Assembly (NCBI GenBank): GCA_965262455.1 | Contig: CBDHFH010000008.1 | Location: forward strand, 1,219,911-1,283,910 | Direction of reading: 5' to 3' | Source: Gammaproteobacteria bacterium | Lineage (GTDB): Bacteria; Pseudomonadota; Gammaproteobacteria; UBA4575 | Length of the DNA: 64,000 nt | Part shown: positions 21,435 to 31,753 of the stretch, in pieces | How the letters are laid out: the number at the start of each line of letters is the position of its first letter | How positions within the stretch are numbered: the first letter of the stretch is position 1 | Position numbers and translations under genes: made by a program | The notes under the pieces: generated by a model | Told to the model about the DNA's origin: nothing | The model's database searches: none | Seen by the model: only the letters and a program-made list of their open reading frames with translations

Positions 21435-22071
21435 GAGCGAATAACCAGGGTGATGTATTTTTCAATTGCTTTTCATACGCGCGAATTTTGTCTTCATACT
21501 GCAATGTAATTCCAATCTCATCTAATCCATTCAGCATGCAGTGTTTCTTGAATTCATCTATTTCAAAATGACAGCCATCAATTCCTGCCGCCGTCAGAGT
21601 TTGTGCATGCAAGTCAATCGTCACTTGGAAATCTGGCGTTTGCAAACTCGCGGCAAATAAAAAGTCGATGGTGGTTTGATCCAATATTATTGGGAGCAAA
21701 CCATTTTTATAGCAATTACTGAAAAAGATATCTGCAAAACTGGTTGAAACCACTGCACGAAAGCCATAATCCAGCATGGCCCACACTGCGTGTTCACGTG
21801 AAGATCCACAACCAAAATTATCTCTTGCTAATAAAATTTGCGCCTTGCTATATGCAGAATTATTTAAAATAAACTCACTGTTAATGCGTCGCTGACTATT
21901 ATCTTGATCAAGCTCGCCTGGATCCAAGTAACGCCAATCATCAAACAAGTTGACGCCAAAGCCGCTCTTTTTTACTGACTTTAGATATTGTTTGGGAATA
22001 ATGGCATCTGTATCGACATTGGGTCGATCCAGCGGCAACATACTGGATGTTAAGCTTGTAAATGCTTGCAT
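21427..22071 (-). CDS. leuD: 3-isopropylmalate dehydratase small subunit
   Basis: 214 aa. It overlaps leuB by 8 bp. Confidence 0.9.
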   Translation of the reverse strand: MQAFTSLTSSMLPLDRPNVDTDAIIPKQYLKSVKKSGFGVNLFDDWRYLDPGELDQDNSQRRINSEFILNNSAYSKAQILLARDNFGCGSSREHAVWAMLDYGFRAVVSTSFADIFFSNCYKNGLLPIILDQTTIDFLFAASLQTPDFQVTIDLHAQTLTAAGIDGCHFEIDEFKKHCMLNGLDEIGITLQYEDKIRAYEKQLKNTSPWLFAHD

Positions 22072-22083
22072 ATCTTTACCTGT

Positions 22084-23493
22084 TTAACTGAAATATTTTC
22101 TCGCATCATCAAAATGGCCTGCAATCGCTGCGGCAGCAGCCATAGCAGGACTGACTAAATGCGTGCGACCACCTTGGCCTTGACGCCCTTCGAAATTACG
22201 ATTGGATGTCGACGCACAGCGTTCTCCCGCGTCCAATTGATCTGCGTTCATGCCCAGGCACATTGAACATCCCGGATCACGCCACTCAAAGCCTGCGGCT
22301 TTAAATACTTTATCCAAGCCTTCTTGTTCGGCTTGACGTTTCACCAATCCAGAGCCAGGCACAATCATGCCTAGCTTAATGTTGGCTGCGAGCTTATTTC
22401 CGCTAACCACCTTCGCCGCTTCACGCAGATCTTCGATACGCGAGTTGGTGCATGAACCGATAAATACTTTATCCACTTTAATTTCATTGACTGCCTGACC
22501 GGGTTGCAAATCCATATAGGCGAGCGCTTTGCGCATGCCTTGTGCTTTGGTGGGATCTTTTTCCATGTCAGGATCCGGTACCACAGCATCGATCGGCACA
22601 ACCATTTCAGGTGAGGTTCCCCAGCTCACTTGCGGTATTAACTCACTGGCATCAAGATCCACCACGCTATCGAAATGAGCAGCCTCATCTGACACCAGTT
22701 GACGCCATGATGTTACTGCCGCATCCCATAGCGCATCTTTCGGTGCGTATGGTCGCCCAGCGATATAGTTAATGGTCGTGTCATCAACACCAATCACGCC
22801 TGCGCGCGCGCCCGCTTCAATGGACATATTGCAAATAGTCATTCGCGCTTCTATCGATAATTGTTGTATTGCCTCACCACAAAACTCAATCGTGTGACCA
22901 TTACCTCCCGCAGTACCAATTTTTGCAATCAGTGCCAGCACAATATCCTTGGAATACACACCCTTTGCCAGGCTGCCTGTAATTTTCACACGCATAGACT
23001 TTGTCTTTCTCAGCAGCAAACATTGTGTTGCCAATACATGTTCAACTTCTGATGTGCCAATACCAAATGCAAGTGCTGCCAGTGCTCCGTGAGTCGATGT
23101 ATGCGAATCACCACACACAATAGTCATACCCGGCAAACTGGCACCCTGTTCCGGACCTATAACATGCACGATCCCCTGTCGTGGATCATTCATGGCAAAT
23201 TTGTTTAGCGCAAAGAATTTACAATTTTCATCTAAGGCATGTAATTGCTTACGCGATACTGGATCTGCAATCGGCTGATCACGCCCTGTGGTTGGCACAT
23301 TATGATCGGGCACAGCAAGAATAGAGGCCTTGCGCCAAGGGCAGCGACCTGCCAGGCGCAAACTTTCAAACGCTTGAGGTGACGTGACTTCATGGACTAA
23401 ATGTCTATCAATATAAATAAGACTCGTACCATCACTTTGGGTATGTACGACATGCGCGTTCCATAATTTGTCGTATAGAGATTGTGCTGTCAT
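22084..23493 (-). CDS. leuC: 3-isopropylmalate dehydratase large subunit
   Basis: 469 aa, aconitase family with the three Fe-S cysteines. Confidence 0.95.
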   Translation of the reverse strand: MTAQSLYDKLWNAHVVHTQSDGTSLIYIDRHLVHEVTSPQAFESLRLAGRCPWRKASILAVPDHNVPTTGRDQPIADPVSRKQLHALDENCKFFALNKFAMNDPRQGIVHVIGPEQGASLPGMTIVCGDSHTSTHGALAALAFGIGTSEVEHVLATQCLLLRKTKSMRVKITGSLAKGVYSKDIVLALIAKIGTAGGNGHTIEFCGEAIQQLSIEARMTICNMSIEAGARAGVIGVDDTTINYIAGRPYAPKDALWDAAVTSWRQLVSDEAAHFDSVVDLDASELIPQVSWGTSPEMVVPIDAVVPDPDMEKDPTKAQGMRKALAYMDLQPGQAVNEIKVDKVFIGSCTNSRIEDLREAAKVVSGNKLAANIKLGMIVPGSGLVKRQAEQEGLDKVFKAAGFEWRDPGCSMCLGMNADQLDAGERCASTSNRNFEGRQGQGGRTHLVSPAMAAAAAIAGHFDDARKYFS

Positions 23494-23568
23494 TAAACTA
23501 TTTCTTGTTGAATAAAAACAATAGCAATCGAATTGTTAGATCCGACTTAATCGTGTTTGGGTTAATGT

Positions 23569-24678
23569 TTATTTACTTGCAGGAATATCTGGCAGATCCG
23601 TTTTCACGTTAGCATTTTGGGCACGATGGCGTAATGCATGATCGGCAAGTACCAATGCAAGCATAGCTTCTGCAATCGGTACCGCACGAATTCCCACACA
23701 GGGATCATGACGCCCTGTGGTGACAACTTCTGTTGCTTGACCAGACTCATCGACGGTTTCACCTGGCACACGGATACTTGAAGTCGGCTTCAAGGCAATG
23801 GAAGCGATAATATCCTGACCCGAACTAATGCCACCAAGCGTGCCACCTGAGCGATTCGAAGCAAAGCCTTCCGGCAGAATGTTATCCCGGTGTTCGCTGC
23901 CACGTTGACTGACGCACTCAAACCCAGCCCCGATTTCAACGCCTTTGACGGCATTGATTGACATCATCGCTTTCGCAATATCTGCGTCTAGTCGATCAAA
24001 TATCGGTTCACCCCAGCCGACTTTCATATTGCTTGCTTTAACCATTAGGCGCGCACCAATGGAATCACCATCACGGCGCAATTGATCAAGCAACGCTTCT
24101 AGATCCGGCACCAAGTTATTATCCGGAAAGAAGAAGGGGTTCGTTTCAACTTCTTGCCAATTCATTTTTTGTGCACGTATTGCACCAATCTGCGTGACAC
24201 AGGCATTAATACGAGTGCCAAAGTCATGCTGCAAAAATTGTTTCGCAATCGCTCCAGCCGCCACGCGCATGGCGGTTTCGCGCGCGGATGATCGCCCACC
24301 CCCACGATAATCGCGGATGCCATATTTTTTATAGTAAGTGTAATCGGCATGGCCAGGTCGAAAGCGCTGCGCGATATCAGAATAATCTTTTGATCGCTGG
24401 TCCTGGTTTCGAATTATCAAGCCTATGGGTGTGCCGGTGGTTTTACCCTCAAACACTCCCGAGAGTATTTCAACCTGATCCGGTTCACGTCGCTGTGTTG
24501 TGAATTTTGACTGCCCAGGTCGACGTCGATCGAGATCAGGTTGAAGATCATCTTCAGTCAAAGGTATGCCTGGAGGGCAGCCATCCACAATAGCGCCTAT
24601 CGCTGGGCCATGGCTCTCGCCAAACGAGCTGACGCAAAATAATGTACCAAATGTATTACCAGACATTGACTCACTCAA
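23569..24678 (-). CDS. aroC: Chorismate synthase
   Basis: 369 aa with conserved N-terminus GESHGPAIG. Confidence 0.95.
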   Translation of the reverse strand: MSESMSGNTFGTLFCVSSFGESHGPAIGAIVDGCPPGIPLTEDDLQPDLDRRRPGQSKFTTQRREPDQVEILSGVFEGKTTGTPIGLIIRNQDQRSKDYSDIAQRFRPGHADYTYYKKYGIRDYRGGGRSSARETAMRVAAGAIAKQFLQHDFGTRINACVTQIGAIRAQKMNWQEVETNPFFFPDNNLVPDLEALLDQLRRDGDSIGARLMVKASNMKVGWGEPIFDRLDADIAKAMMSINAVKGVEIGAGFECVSQRGSEHRDNILPEGFASNRSGGTLGGISSGQDIIASIALKPTSSIRVPGETVDESGQATEVVTTGRHDPCVGIRAVPIAEAMLALVLADHALRHRAQNANVKTDLPDIPASK

Positions 24679-25601
24679 TCATTATATTCAGTAAAATTTT
24701 GTGTTAGATGTTCACACTCATTTCGAGTTAACACGCAAACACCCTCCCCCCCATATTCAAATTCATGCCAAAGAAACTGGTGCCTGGGGAAACAGGCCTG
24801 CAAACTTTCGGCTGACTGTCCGACTTCCAATACCAACAACCCATGAGGTGAAAGCATTGGACAGGCACCGAAGATAATTCGCTTGGCTATTTCAAGACCA
24901 TCTTCGCCTGCAAATAATGCATGTTCAGGCTCATGACAAAACTCGCTGGGTAATTCAGGTTGTTCGCTTTGAGGGACATACGGCGGATTGGCAATAATAA
25001 TATCATATTGATGGCGAGGAAGTTGCTCGTAGACATCTGAAATTACTACGTTTACTCGATTTTCCAGGCCATGAAACTCGATATTCTTTTGGGCAATGCG
25101 CAAAGCCGCTTGATCGATATCACTGATATCTACGCTGACGTCAGGGTAATGCAGGGCAGACAGAATTCCCAGGCAGCCGCTGCCAGTGCAAATATCTAAT
25201 ATACGAGTGATCGGTTTATCTTCAAGCAACCAGGGAGAAAAGGCCTGAGTAATCATTTCAGCAATCGGCGAGCGAGGAATCAAAGTGTGTTGATTCACGT
25301 AAAACTTATACCCTGCCTGCCATGTCTCACCTAGCAAGTATGCCAGTGGCATACGTAAAAAAATACGTTTATTAAGGATGGAATGCATCTGTTCACGTAC
25401 GGGATCTGTCAATATTTGCTGAGCTTGTTGATCGTTAAAATCGGGTGGCAATCCAGCGACAAAACTGACAAGATACGCGGCCTCATCAAGCGCAGTTTCC
25501 ATCCCTTGCCCATAGCTCAATGGATGTTGTTGTAAGACTGCAGCAATTTCAGAGACGGCATCTGCTACTGATTTACATGAGAGTGAAATAGTATTTTCCA
25601 T
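24675..25601 (-). CDS. prmB: Ribosomal protein L3 glutamine methyltransferase (HemK-family)
   Basis: Contains the NPPY motif (IIANPPYVP) and the SAM-binding motif ([11 protein letters not shown]). It has the conserved prmB-aroC adjacency with a 4-bp overlap. The start is placed at the internal Met (MENTISL). Confidence 0.8.
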   Translation of the reverse strand: MENTISLSCKSVADAVSEIAAVLQQHPLSYGQGMETALDEAAYLVSFVAGLPPDFNDQQAQQILTDPVREQMHSILNKRIFLRMPLAYLLGETWQAGYKFYVNQHTLIPRSPIAEMITQAFSPWLLEDKPITRILDICTGSGCLGILSALHYPDVSVDISDIDQAALRIAQKNIEFHGLENRVNVVISDVYEQLPRHQYDIIIANPPYVPQSEQPELPSEFCHEPEHALFAGEDGLEIAKRIIFGACPMLSPHGLLVLEVGQSAESLQACFPRHQFLWHEFEYGGEGVCVLTRNECEHLTQNFTEYND

Positions 25602-25661
25602 ACACAACACTAGAAATTTATTTAGCCAGCATATTAATCTTACAAGATAACAACCAGACAC

Positions 25662-26298
25662 ATGATTAACAAAATATTAATAGTGCTTGCCATTGCTGTT
25701 GCGATTGGAATTTGGGGCATATAGCTACCAACACTCCGCAAAAAATAAAGCGGATATTCATCAACAATTGCAACATGCCACCTACCTTTATGACCAGAAA
25801 AAGGCGATCGCTAACTATGAGTTAATTGACCACAATGGCATGCAATTCACTCCAGATAGCATTCGTGATGCATGGACTTTTTGGTTTTTTGGTTTCACTC
25901 ATTGTCCTGATATTTGCCCGATCACATTGGGCACACTTTCTGCCAGTGTCGATAAACTCAAGAACGAACATAAACTGAAAGACAACATTAAAATTATCTT
26001 CGTTTCAGTTGACCCACAGCGTGACAAGGTGGATAACCTAAAAACATATGTTAATGCTTTTAGCGAGCATGCCATTGGTGTGACGGCAAGTGACGAAAAA
26101 CTCGCACCTTTCCTGAAAAATATGGGCATTATTGCCGTCAAACAGGACAATGATGGACAACTTTCCGATTACCTCGTTGACCACAGTAGTTCCGTTTTTT
26201 TAATTGCACCTGATACTGGGATCAGCGCATATTTTGGCACACCTCATGAAGTTGAAAATATTGTTAGTGATTTTTTAACAATCAGAAACTTTTTCTAA
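25662..26298 (+). pseudogene. SCO1/SenC-family copper chaperone, apparently frameshifted. The TM anchor and the thioredoxin-like domain are in different frames.
   Basis: Frame a (ATG at 25662) encodes MINKILIVLAIAVAIGIWGI and stops at 25722. Frame b (open from 25684) encodes the complete SCO1 domain with FGFTHCPDICP. Removing one G from the GGGG run at 25714..25717 would fuse them to ...AIGIWAYSYQHS.... Confidence 0.55.
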
Positions 26299-26313
26299 TT
26301 AAGTTACACAGTA

Positions 26314-27186
26314 ATGAGTCAGTTACCCGCAACACGTTGGGAAAAATGCAAAGGATTATTATTCCATTGTTTTCCACATCACATTGTTTCGCGCATGACT
26401 TACTGGCTTACACGTCAACAGCTGCCTTTTCTTGAGCAGCTTATCAAATTATTTATGCGCTACTTCAGAGTAGACTTACAAGATGCTGCAATTCAAGACA
26501 TTGCGCAATACTCTACGTTTAATGAGTTTTTTACTCGCGAACTTAAACAAGGTGTGCGTCCTATTGATCACAGCATGCCATGCATCGTGTCACCTTGTGA
26601 TGGCAAGGTCAGTTTATTTGGTGACATCAATAACAACACTTTAATTCAAGCCAAGAATAAATACTTCACACTGAATGAATTCCTTACACCAGATTGCAAG
26701 TATCTAGAAAAATTTATTAATGGCAGTTTCTATACCATTTACCTCTCACCACGAGACTACCATCGCGTACATACTGCCTATGGCGGTCAATTATTGGAAA
26801 TGATTTACGTCCCGGGCAGATTATTCAGTGTTGCCCCCTACGCGCCCAAAGCCATCGATAAATTATATGCACGTAATGAGAGAGTCATTTCTGTATTTGA
26901 AGTTGATAATGGCTATATGGCTATCGCCATGGTGGGTGCAGTCAATGTATCTGCCATTGATATGATCTGGTCAGGCATGATCACACCTCCACATATGAAT
27001 ACAACGGTTCACTACGATTATCATGATCAACATATTGTGCTGGAGAAAGGCCAGCAGATGGGTACCTTCAATATGGGTTCAACAGTCGTAATGATTTTCT
27101 CACCCAATTATGCGCAAGCAATTAAACAATTGAGCATCGAGCAACAAGTGAAAATGGGACAAACAATCGCGACCAGATTAAACTAG
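26314..27186 (+). CDS. psd: Phosphatidylserine decarboxylase proenzyme
   Basis: 290 aa with the self-cleavage LGST-type motif (FNMGSTVV) near the C-terminus. Confidence 0.9.
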   Translation: MSQLPATRWEKCKGLLFHCFPHHIVSRMTYWLTRQQLPFLEQLIKLFMRYFRVDLQDAAIQDIAQYSTFNEFFTRELKQGVRPIDHSMPCIVSPCDGKVSLFGDINNNTLIQAKNKYFTLNEFLTPDCKYLEKFINGSFYTIYLSPRDYHRVHTAYGGQLLEMIYVPGRLFSVAPYAPKAIDKLYARNERVISVFEVDNGYMAIAMVGAVNVSAIDMIWSGMITPPHMNTTVHYDYHDQHIVLEKGQQMGTFNMGSTVVMIFSPNYAQAIKQLSIEQQVKMGQTIATRLN

Positions 27187-27190
27187 CGTG

Positions 27191-28150
27191 TCACGCATTA
27201 CGCCAACTAAAGCTCATCACTTGATCAATACTGTTCACATCAAGCAGTAACATTAGTAGTCGATCAAGACCAACAGCAACACCTGCGCAATCGGGTAAGC
27301 CAAATTTCTGAGCATCTATCAGACGCTGATCAATATCTATTTGCATTTGATTATTTGCCTTTCTGCACACCTGATCATTGTTGAAGCGAGTTAGCTGTAT
27401 ATCTGGATCGGTTAATTCGACATAACCGTTTGCCAACTCTAACGGCCCACAAAACACCTCAAAGCGTTGCGCGACAATATTATCATTTACATTAAGTTTA
27501 GCCAGGGCCGCCTGCTCAGCCGGATAATCGAACACACAAGTGAGTTTATTGCTATCGAATTGCGGCGCAATAATATGTGAAAAACTAAAATCTATTTTTT
27601 GTTGCAATGATATTGCAGATACAGAACACATCCCATACTGACTACACAAACGATCAAAATCAGTTTCGGAAAGCTCAAAGAATGACTTACCAAGTATTTT
27701 CTCAAACAAATTAGCGTAGGTGATATATTCGACCTTTTCAGATAAAACATTGGAATTACTTAGCACAGCGCAAATTAAATCCACTGTTTCATTCATGATT
27801 TGTTGCAGTGAAAACCCAAGACGATACCATTCGATTATTGTGAACTCGGGATTATGTTTATCGCCTTGTTCACTTTGACGAAAACATTTACATATTTGAT
27901 AAATATCTGGCATACCCGCAGCTAACAAGCGTTTCATCGAGTATTCCGGTGAGGTTTGCAGGTAGTGTTTAGATAATTGCTGCTCAAGTACAAATGACTC
28001 AATATTTGGATCAGTCACTGTATGTGAGCCCAAAAGAGGTGTTTCTACTTCTAGTATGTGTTTGCGGCTAAAAAATTCTCGAATATGACTTAAAGCGCGG
28101 GCGCGAATTGTGAGGCTATGCAGCGTCGCGGTTGGTTGCCAATCAGACAT
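27191..28150 (-). CDS. epmA: EF-P-lysine lysyltransferase (class II Lys-tRNA-synthetase paralogue, PoxA/GenX)
   Basis: 319-aa LysRS-like catalytic core with no anticodon-binding domain. It is adjacent to efp. Confidence 0.85.
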   Translation of the reverse strand: MSDWQPTATLHSLTIRARALSHIREFFSRKHILEVETPLLGSHTVTDPNIESFVLEQQLSKHYLQTSPEYSMKRLLAAGMPDIYQICKCFRQSEQGDKHNPEFTIIEWYRLGFSLQQIMNETVDLICAVLSNSNVLSEKVEYITYANLFEKILGKSFFELSETDFDRLCSQYGMCSVSAISLQQKIDFSFSHIIAPQFDSNKLTCVFDYPAEQAALAKLNVNDNIVAQRFEVFCGPLELANGYVELTDPDIQLTRFNNDQVCRKANNQMQIDIDQRLIDAQKFGLPDCAGVAVGLDRLLMLLLDVNSIDQVMSFSWRNA

Positions 28151-28162
28151 CCCGCAGATGAA

Positions 28163-28734
28163 CTAGGCCTCTTTGACTCTAGAGACATACTCACCGGTAC
28201 GAGTATCAATTTTTATCACTTCACCCTCTTCAACAAATAATGGCACTTTAACTGTTGCACCTGTTTCTAGCGTAGCAGGTTTAGTGGCACCTTGCGCAGT
28301 ATCACCTTTTACACCCGGGTCAGATTGAGTAATTTTTAACTCGACAAAATTGGGCGCACTGATTGACAGGGGCGCACCGTTATACAAAGTGACCTGGCAA
28401 ATATCCTGATCCTTGAGCCAATCAGCTGCATCACCAACGGCCGTTGCATCGGCAGCATGTTGCTCAAAAGTACTTTGGTCCATAAAATGCCATTGCTCTC
28501 CATCAGAATACAAATATTGCATATCGACTTCCATGACGTCAGCACCTTCGACACTGTCACCAGACTTGAAGGTACGATCTACAACACGACCAGTTTTTAA
28601 GTTACGAATTTTGACACGATTAAATGCTTGACCTTTTCCGGGTTTTACAAATTCATTCTCGACAATTGTATAGGGATCGCCATCAAGCATAATTTTAAGA
28701 CCCGCTTTAAACTCATTAGTGTTATAACTTGCCA
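28163..28734 (-). CDS. efp: Elongation factor P
   Basis: [19 protein letters not shown]...KPGKGQAF contains the conserved Lys of the KPGKG loop. I place the true start at the internal Met, so the 236-aa ORF carries a spurious 46-codon N-terminal extension. Confidence 0.95.
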
Positions 28735-28766
28735 TAAACATAACTTCACTATTTAAAAGATGCGCC

Positions 28767-29759
28767 ATGATACAGTGCAAGTCAGGTTCAGAACATCCCC
28801 TAGAATGGAAAAAATCCTTCTCTAAGGCGTACGTGGGAAAGAAGTCCCTTAGCCAGCAATTCCCAGAGCTCAATCTCAGCCTCCAGCAATTGGATGAAAT
28901 TGATGCGCTATTTCCTATCCAGCTAACCCAACAGTTACTGGAAACTCACTCTGAAAACAGTGCAGTTCTCAAACAATATCTACCTAACGCCGAGGAACTC
29001 ATTCATTCGACTGAAACAAGCAATAATCCTGTCGGTGATATTGAGGCAACTCAATTACCAGGAGTGATACAAAAGTACCGTCACCGTGTTTTATTGATTA
29101 CCAGCAGCACATGCCCAGTGCATTGCCGTTATTGCTTTAGAAAAAACTTCCCCTATCCACAGAGCAGTCCGAATTTTCATTTATTTGAGAACGCACTCAG
29201 TTACTGCAAGCAAGATACTTCGATTAATGAAATCATTCTTAGTGGTGGCGACCCACTTAGCCTTGATGATGAACTATTAAGTTATTTATTTGAATCGATT
29301 GCTAACATTCCGCACATACAAACAATTCGTTTACACACCAAGTTCCCCTCAATTTATCCGCAACGTATCACATCAGAGCTTTTAGCCATGCTGGAAGGTT
29401 CGCCATTAAATAAAGTATGCGTATTTCATATCAATCACCCCGATGAAGTCAGCACTAAGTTTTGTGATGCAGTTCATGCTATGAAAAAAACAGGAACCAC
29501 ATTACTCAATCAATCCGTGCTACTCAAAGAAGTCAACAATAACGCCTCCGTGCTCATTGAGCTATCGCGCAAATTATTTAACACGGGCGTCTTACCTTAC
29601 TACTTGCACCTGCTTGATAATGCTCAAGGCACTCATCATTTCAAAGTGTCACGCGCTGAAGCAGAAATTCTCATGCATCAAATGAAGTGTGAGCTTCCAG
29701 GGTACCTTGTGCCCAAACTAGCTGAAGAAATCGCCGGTAAAGAGAGCAAAATATACTAG
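28767..29759 (+). CDS. epmB: EF-P beta-lysylation protein (lysine 2,3-aminomutase-like radical SAM)
   Basis: 330 aa with the radical-SAM CxxxCxxC motif (CPVHCRYC). It is divergent from efp, as in E. coli yjeK. Confidence 0.85.
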   Translation: MIQCKSGSEHPLEWKKSFSKAYVGKKSLSQQFPELNLSLQQLDEIDALFPIQLTQQLLETHSENSAVLKQYLPNAEELIHSTETSNNPVGDIEATQLPGVIQKYRHRVLLITSSTCPVHCRYCFRKNFPYPQSSPNFHLFENALSYCKQDTSINEIILSGGDPLSLDDELLSYLFESIANIPHIQTIRLHTKFPSIYPQRITSELLAMLEGSPLNKVCVFHINHPDEVSTKFCDAVHAMKKTGTTLLNQSVLLKEVNNNASVLIELSRKLFNTGVLPYYLHLLDNAQGTHHFKVSRAEAEILMHQMKCELPGYLVPKLAEEIAGKESKIY

Positions 29760-29942
29760 ATCAGATAACTTATTAGTTGTGCGTTAATTTATTTAAATTT
29801 ATTTGTTGCCAAAGCAATCACAAACCCAGATTTGAATAAGAACTAGACTTATCCCACTCAATTAGGATGGACGGAGCTCAACCGCCGACCAGCAGGGGCC
29901 GCCTGAAGCACATTTTATTAACACACGATTTAAAATCTTAAG

Positions 29943-31712
29943 TTGAAAATTCTAAATCTGACAGGGAAATATTCAATGTTACTCGACATGCAAATCTATA
30001 TGCCTACACAAGACCCGTTGGCACAGCCAGATATTGCATTCACGCCGCGTCAGATTAAAAAATGGGTCAAGTCGCTATCATTGATTGACCTAGATGCTGC
30101 CAGCAAACAACTACATCAATTAATTTCTTCAAGCAATCGTCATGCATACTCAGCCAAGCAACGCTTTGCTTCTATGGAGTTATTGCAGAATCTTGCTAAA
30201 ACGTTTTTAGATCACCATCGCCGCTATTTGGCTTGTCAATCTTTCCCGTTATCGCCCAATGCAAATGAAATTTTTCTGCTACAACAAGGTCTCAACTCAG
30301 AAATTTCCATCGCCTATAAAATAATAATCAGTGAAGTTGTGCACGGCGATGCAAAGCTTGATCAAAAAAAATTACTGCTTTGTATTTATCGTGCAGTTAA
30401 CCACTTGCAGCAGCAGTACATTTCAAGCCTGCTGATGTATCAAGAAATATCACCCAGCATATGGCACGATATCTGCCAACTTTATCGCGTTGCAGAACAC
30501 TATGGCCTGCACAATGCAAATATTGTTAACGAAGAAAGCAAACAAAAAACATCTATTCACAATATTTTTAAACATCTATGTGCCTCAACACTGATTTCCT
30601 TCAATCAACTTCGCCAAGGTGAAGCAGACAAAGTTAACAAGTTTCTTGAGCAGCACTATGAATTAATTGATATTAGCAATAAGGCCGAGAATTTAACCGG
30701 TGAATATATTTATATTGCCAATCTCGCTACTGGAAAAAAACCGGCCTATTATATTCCACGCGAAATGCCTATCTCGACAGAAAATAGATTCATCGGCTAT
30801 ACAGCACTTGTTAGCAAGCTGGCAGAATCTACAAAAAAATATGCTCAAAGCACCTCATATTATTTGCAGTCTAATGAAGAGCTGGATCCAGAGCTGGCTG
30901 GCCGCTTAATCACCATGATCGGTAACCCAAGCCAACGCCACAAGAAACGCATTAAGAGTAATCAGTCAGTACGTGCAATCATTGGTTTGAATCGAATCGT
31001 TGACACCATGACCCCAACACCTAATACAAACGAAAACATTGAAGATCAAAGCTCATTTGTTGTAAACAGCCTTTCTTTGTTGCCTATTGAAGAGACAATT
31101 AACACAAGGTCAATGACACAATTAAGTAAATCATCCAAAGAAACGTTAAGTGATGTTTGGAATCCGTTTTCTGTTAAAAATAATATGCTTCCTGAGGATG
31201 CCTCTTCACCTGAAGCCGTAGAAAAAATTAATACTTTTGTTTCTTCGCTTGATACATGGCATGTTGATAACTTTAATGCTGGCGGTTTCTGCTTGCACTA
31301 TAAATCTGACGGTATATGTACGACGCGTGTGGGTGAAATTATTGCAGTGCGCGATGAAAATAAAAATAGTGGCACCATACAATGGCGTGTAGGCATTATC
31401 CGCTGGATGCAGGGCCTGCCTAATAAAGAACATAAAGTTGGCGTTGAGTTATTTGGTGCGGAATGCGCTTGTATTTCAGCTTGCAACAAAAATAGCTCAC
31501 AGCATGAATATCAAGGCTTGCTACTAAAACGCATCCTCAAAAACAGCAAGAGCTATAGCTTACTGCTACCTTCTAATACAAATCTGGACTCACGCGAAAT
31601 CGTAATCAAAGGCTCTAATAGCGAGCGCACAGTCATGCTTGGACGGGTACTGGAAAAAACAAGCTGTTTCACGCACATTGAAGTAATCAAAATTTTTAGC
31701 AAAGAAAACTAA
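29943..31712 (+). CDS. Hypothetical protein (589 aa). The N-terminal roughly 400 aa have no recognisable domain. The C-terminal roughly 150 aa may form a PilZ-like beta-barrel with degenerate motifs.
   Basis: Intact ORF ending 41 bp upstream of the FimX-like gene and co-oriented with it. The C-terminus contains a DNFNAGGF element resembling the PilZ (D/N)xSxxG motif, but no RxxxR lies close upstream, so any c-di-GMP binding is uncertain. Confidence 0.5.
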   Translation: MKILNLTGKYSMLLDMQIYMPTQDPLAQPDIAFTPRQIKKWVKSLSLIDLDAASKQLHQLISSSNRHAYSAKQRFASMELLQNLAKTFLDHHRRYLACQSFPLSPNANEIFLLQQGLNSEISIAYKIIISEVVHGDAKLDQKKLLLCIYRAVNHLQQQYISSLLMYQEISPSIWHDICQLYRVAEHYGLHNANIVNEESKQKTSIHNIFKHLCASTLISFNQLRQGEADKVNKFLEQHYELIDISNKAENLTGEYIYIANLATGKKPAYYIPREMPISTENRFIGYTALVSKLAESTKKYAQSTSYYLQSNEELDPELAGRLITMIGNPSQRHKKRIKSNQSVRAIIGLNRIVDTMTPTPNTNENIEDQSSFVVNSLSLLPIEETINTRSMTQLSKSSKETLSDVWNPFSVKNNMLPEDASSPEAVEKINTFVSSLDTWHVDNFNAGGFCLHYKSDGICTTRVGEIIAVRDENKNSGTIQWRVGIIRWMQGLPNKEHKVGVELFGAECACISACNKNSSQHEYQGLLLKRILKNSKSYSLLLPSNTNLDSREIVIKGSNSERTVMLGRVLEKTSCFTHIEVIKIFSKEN

Positions 31713-31753
31713 CATTGAATGAGCCCAGAACCAGAGAAACTTAAATAATCAAC

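Noticed and set aside
28735-28873. 46-codon N-terminal extension of the efp ORF
   Set aside because: EF-P alignment places the start at MASYNTNEF. The extension has no homology and would overlap the epmB promoter region.
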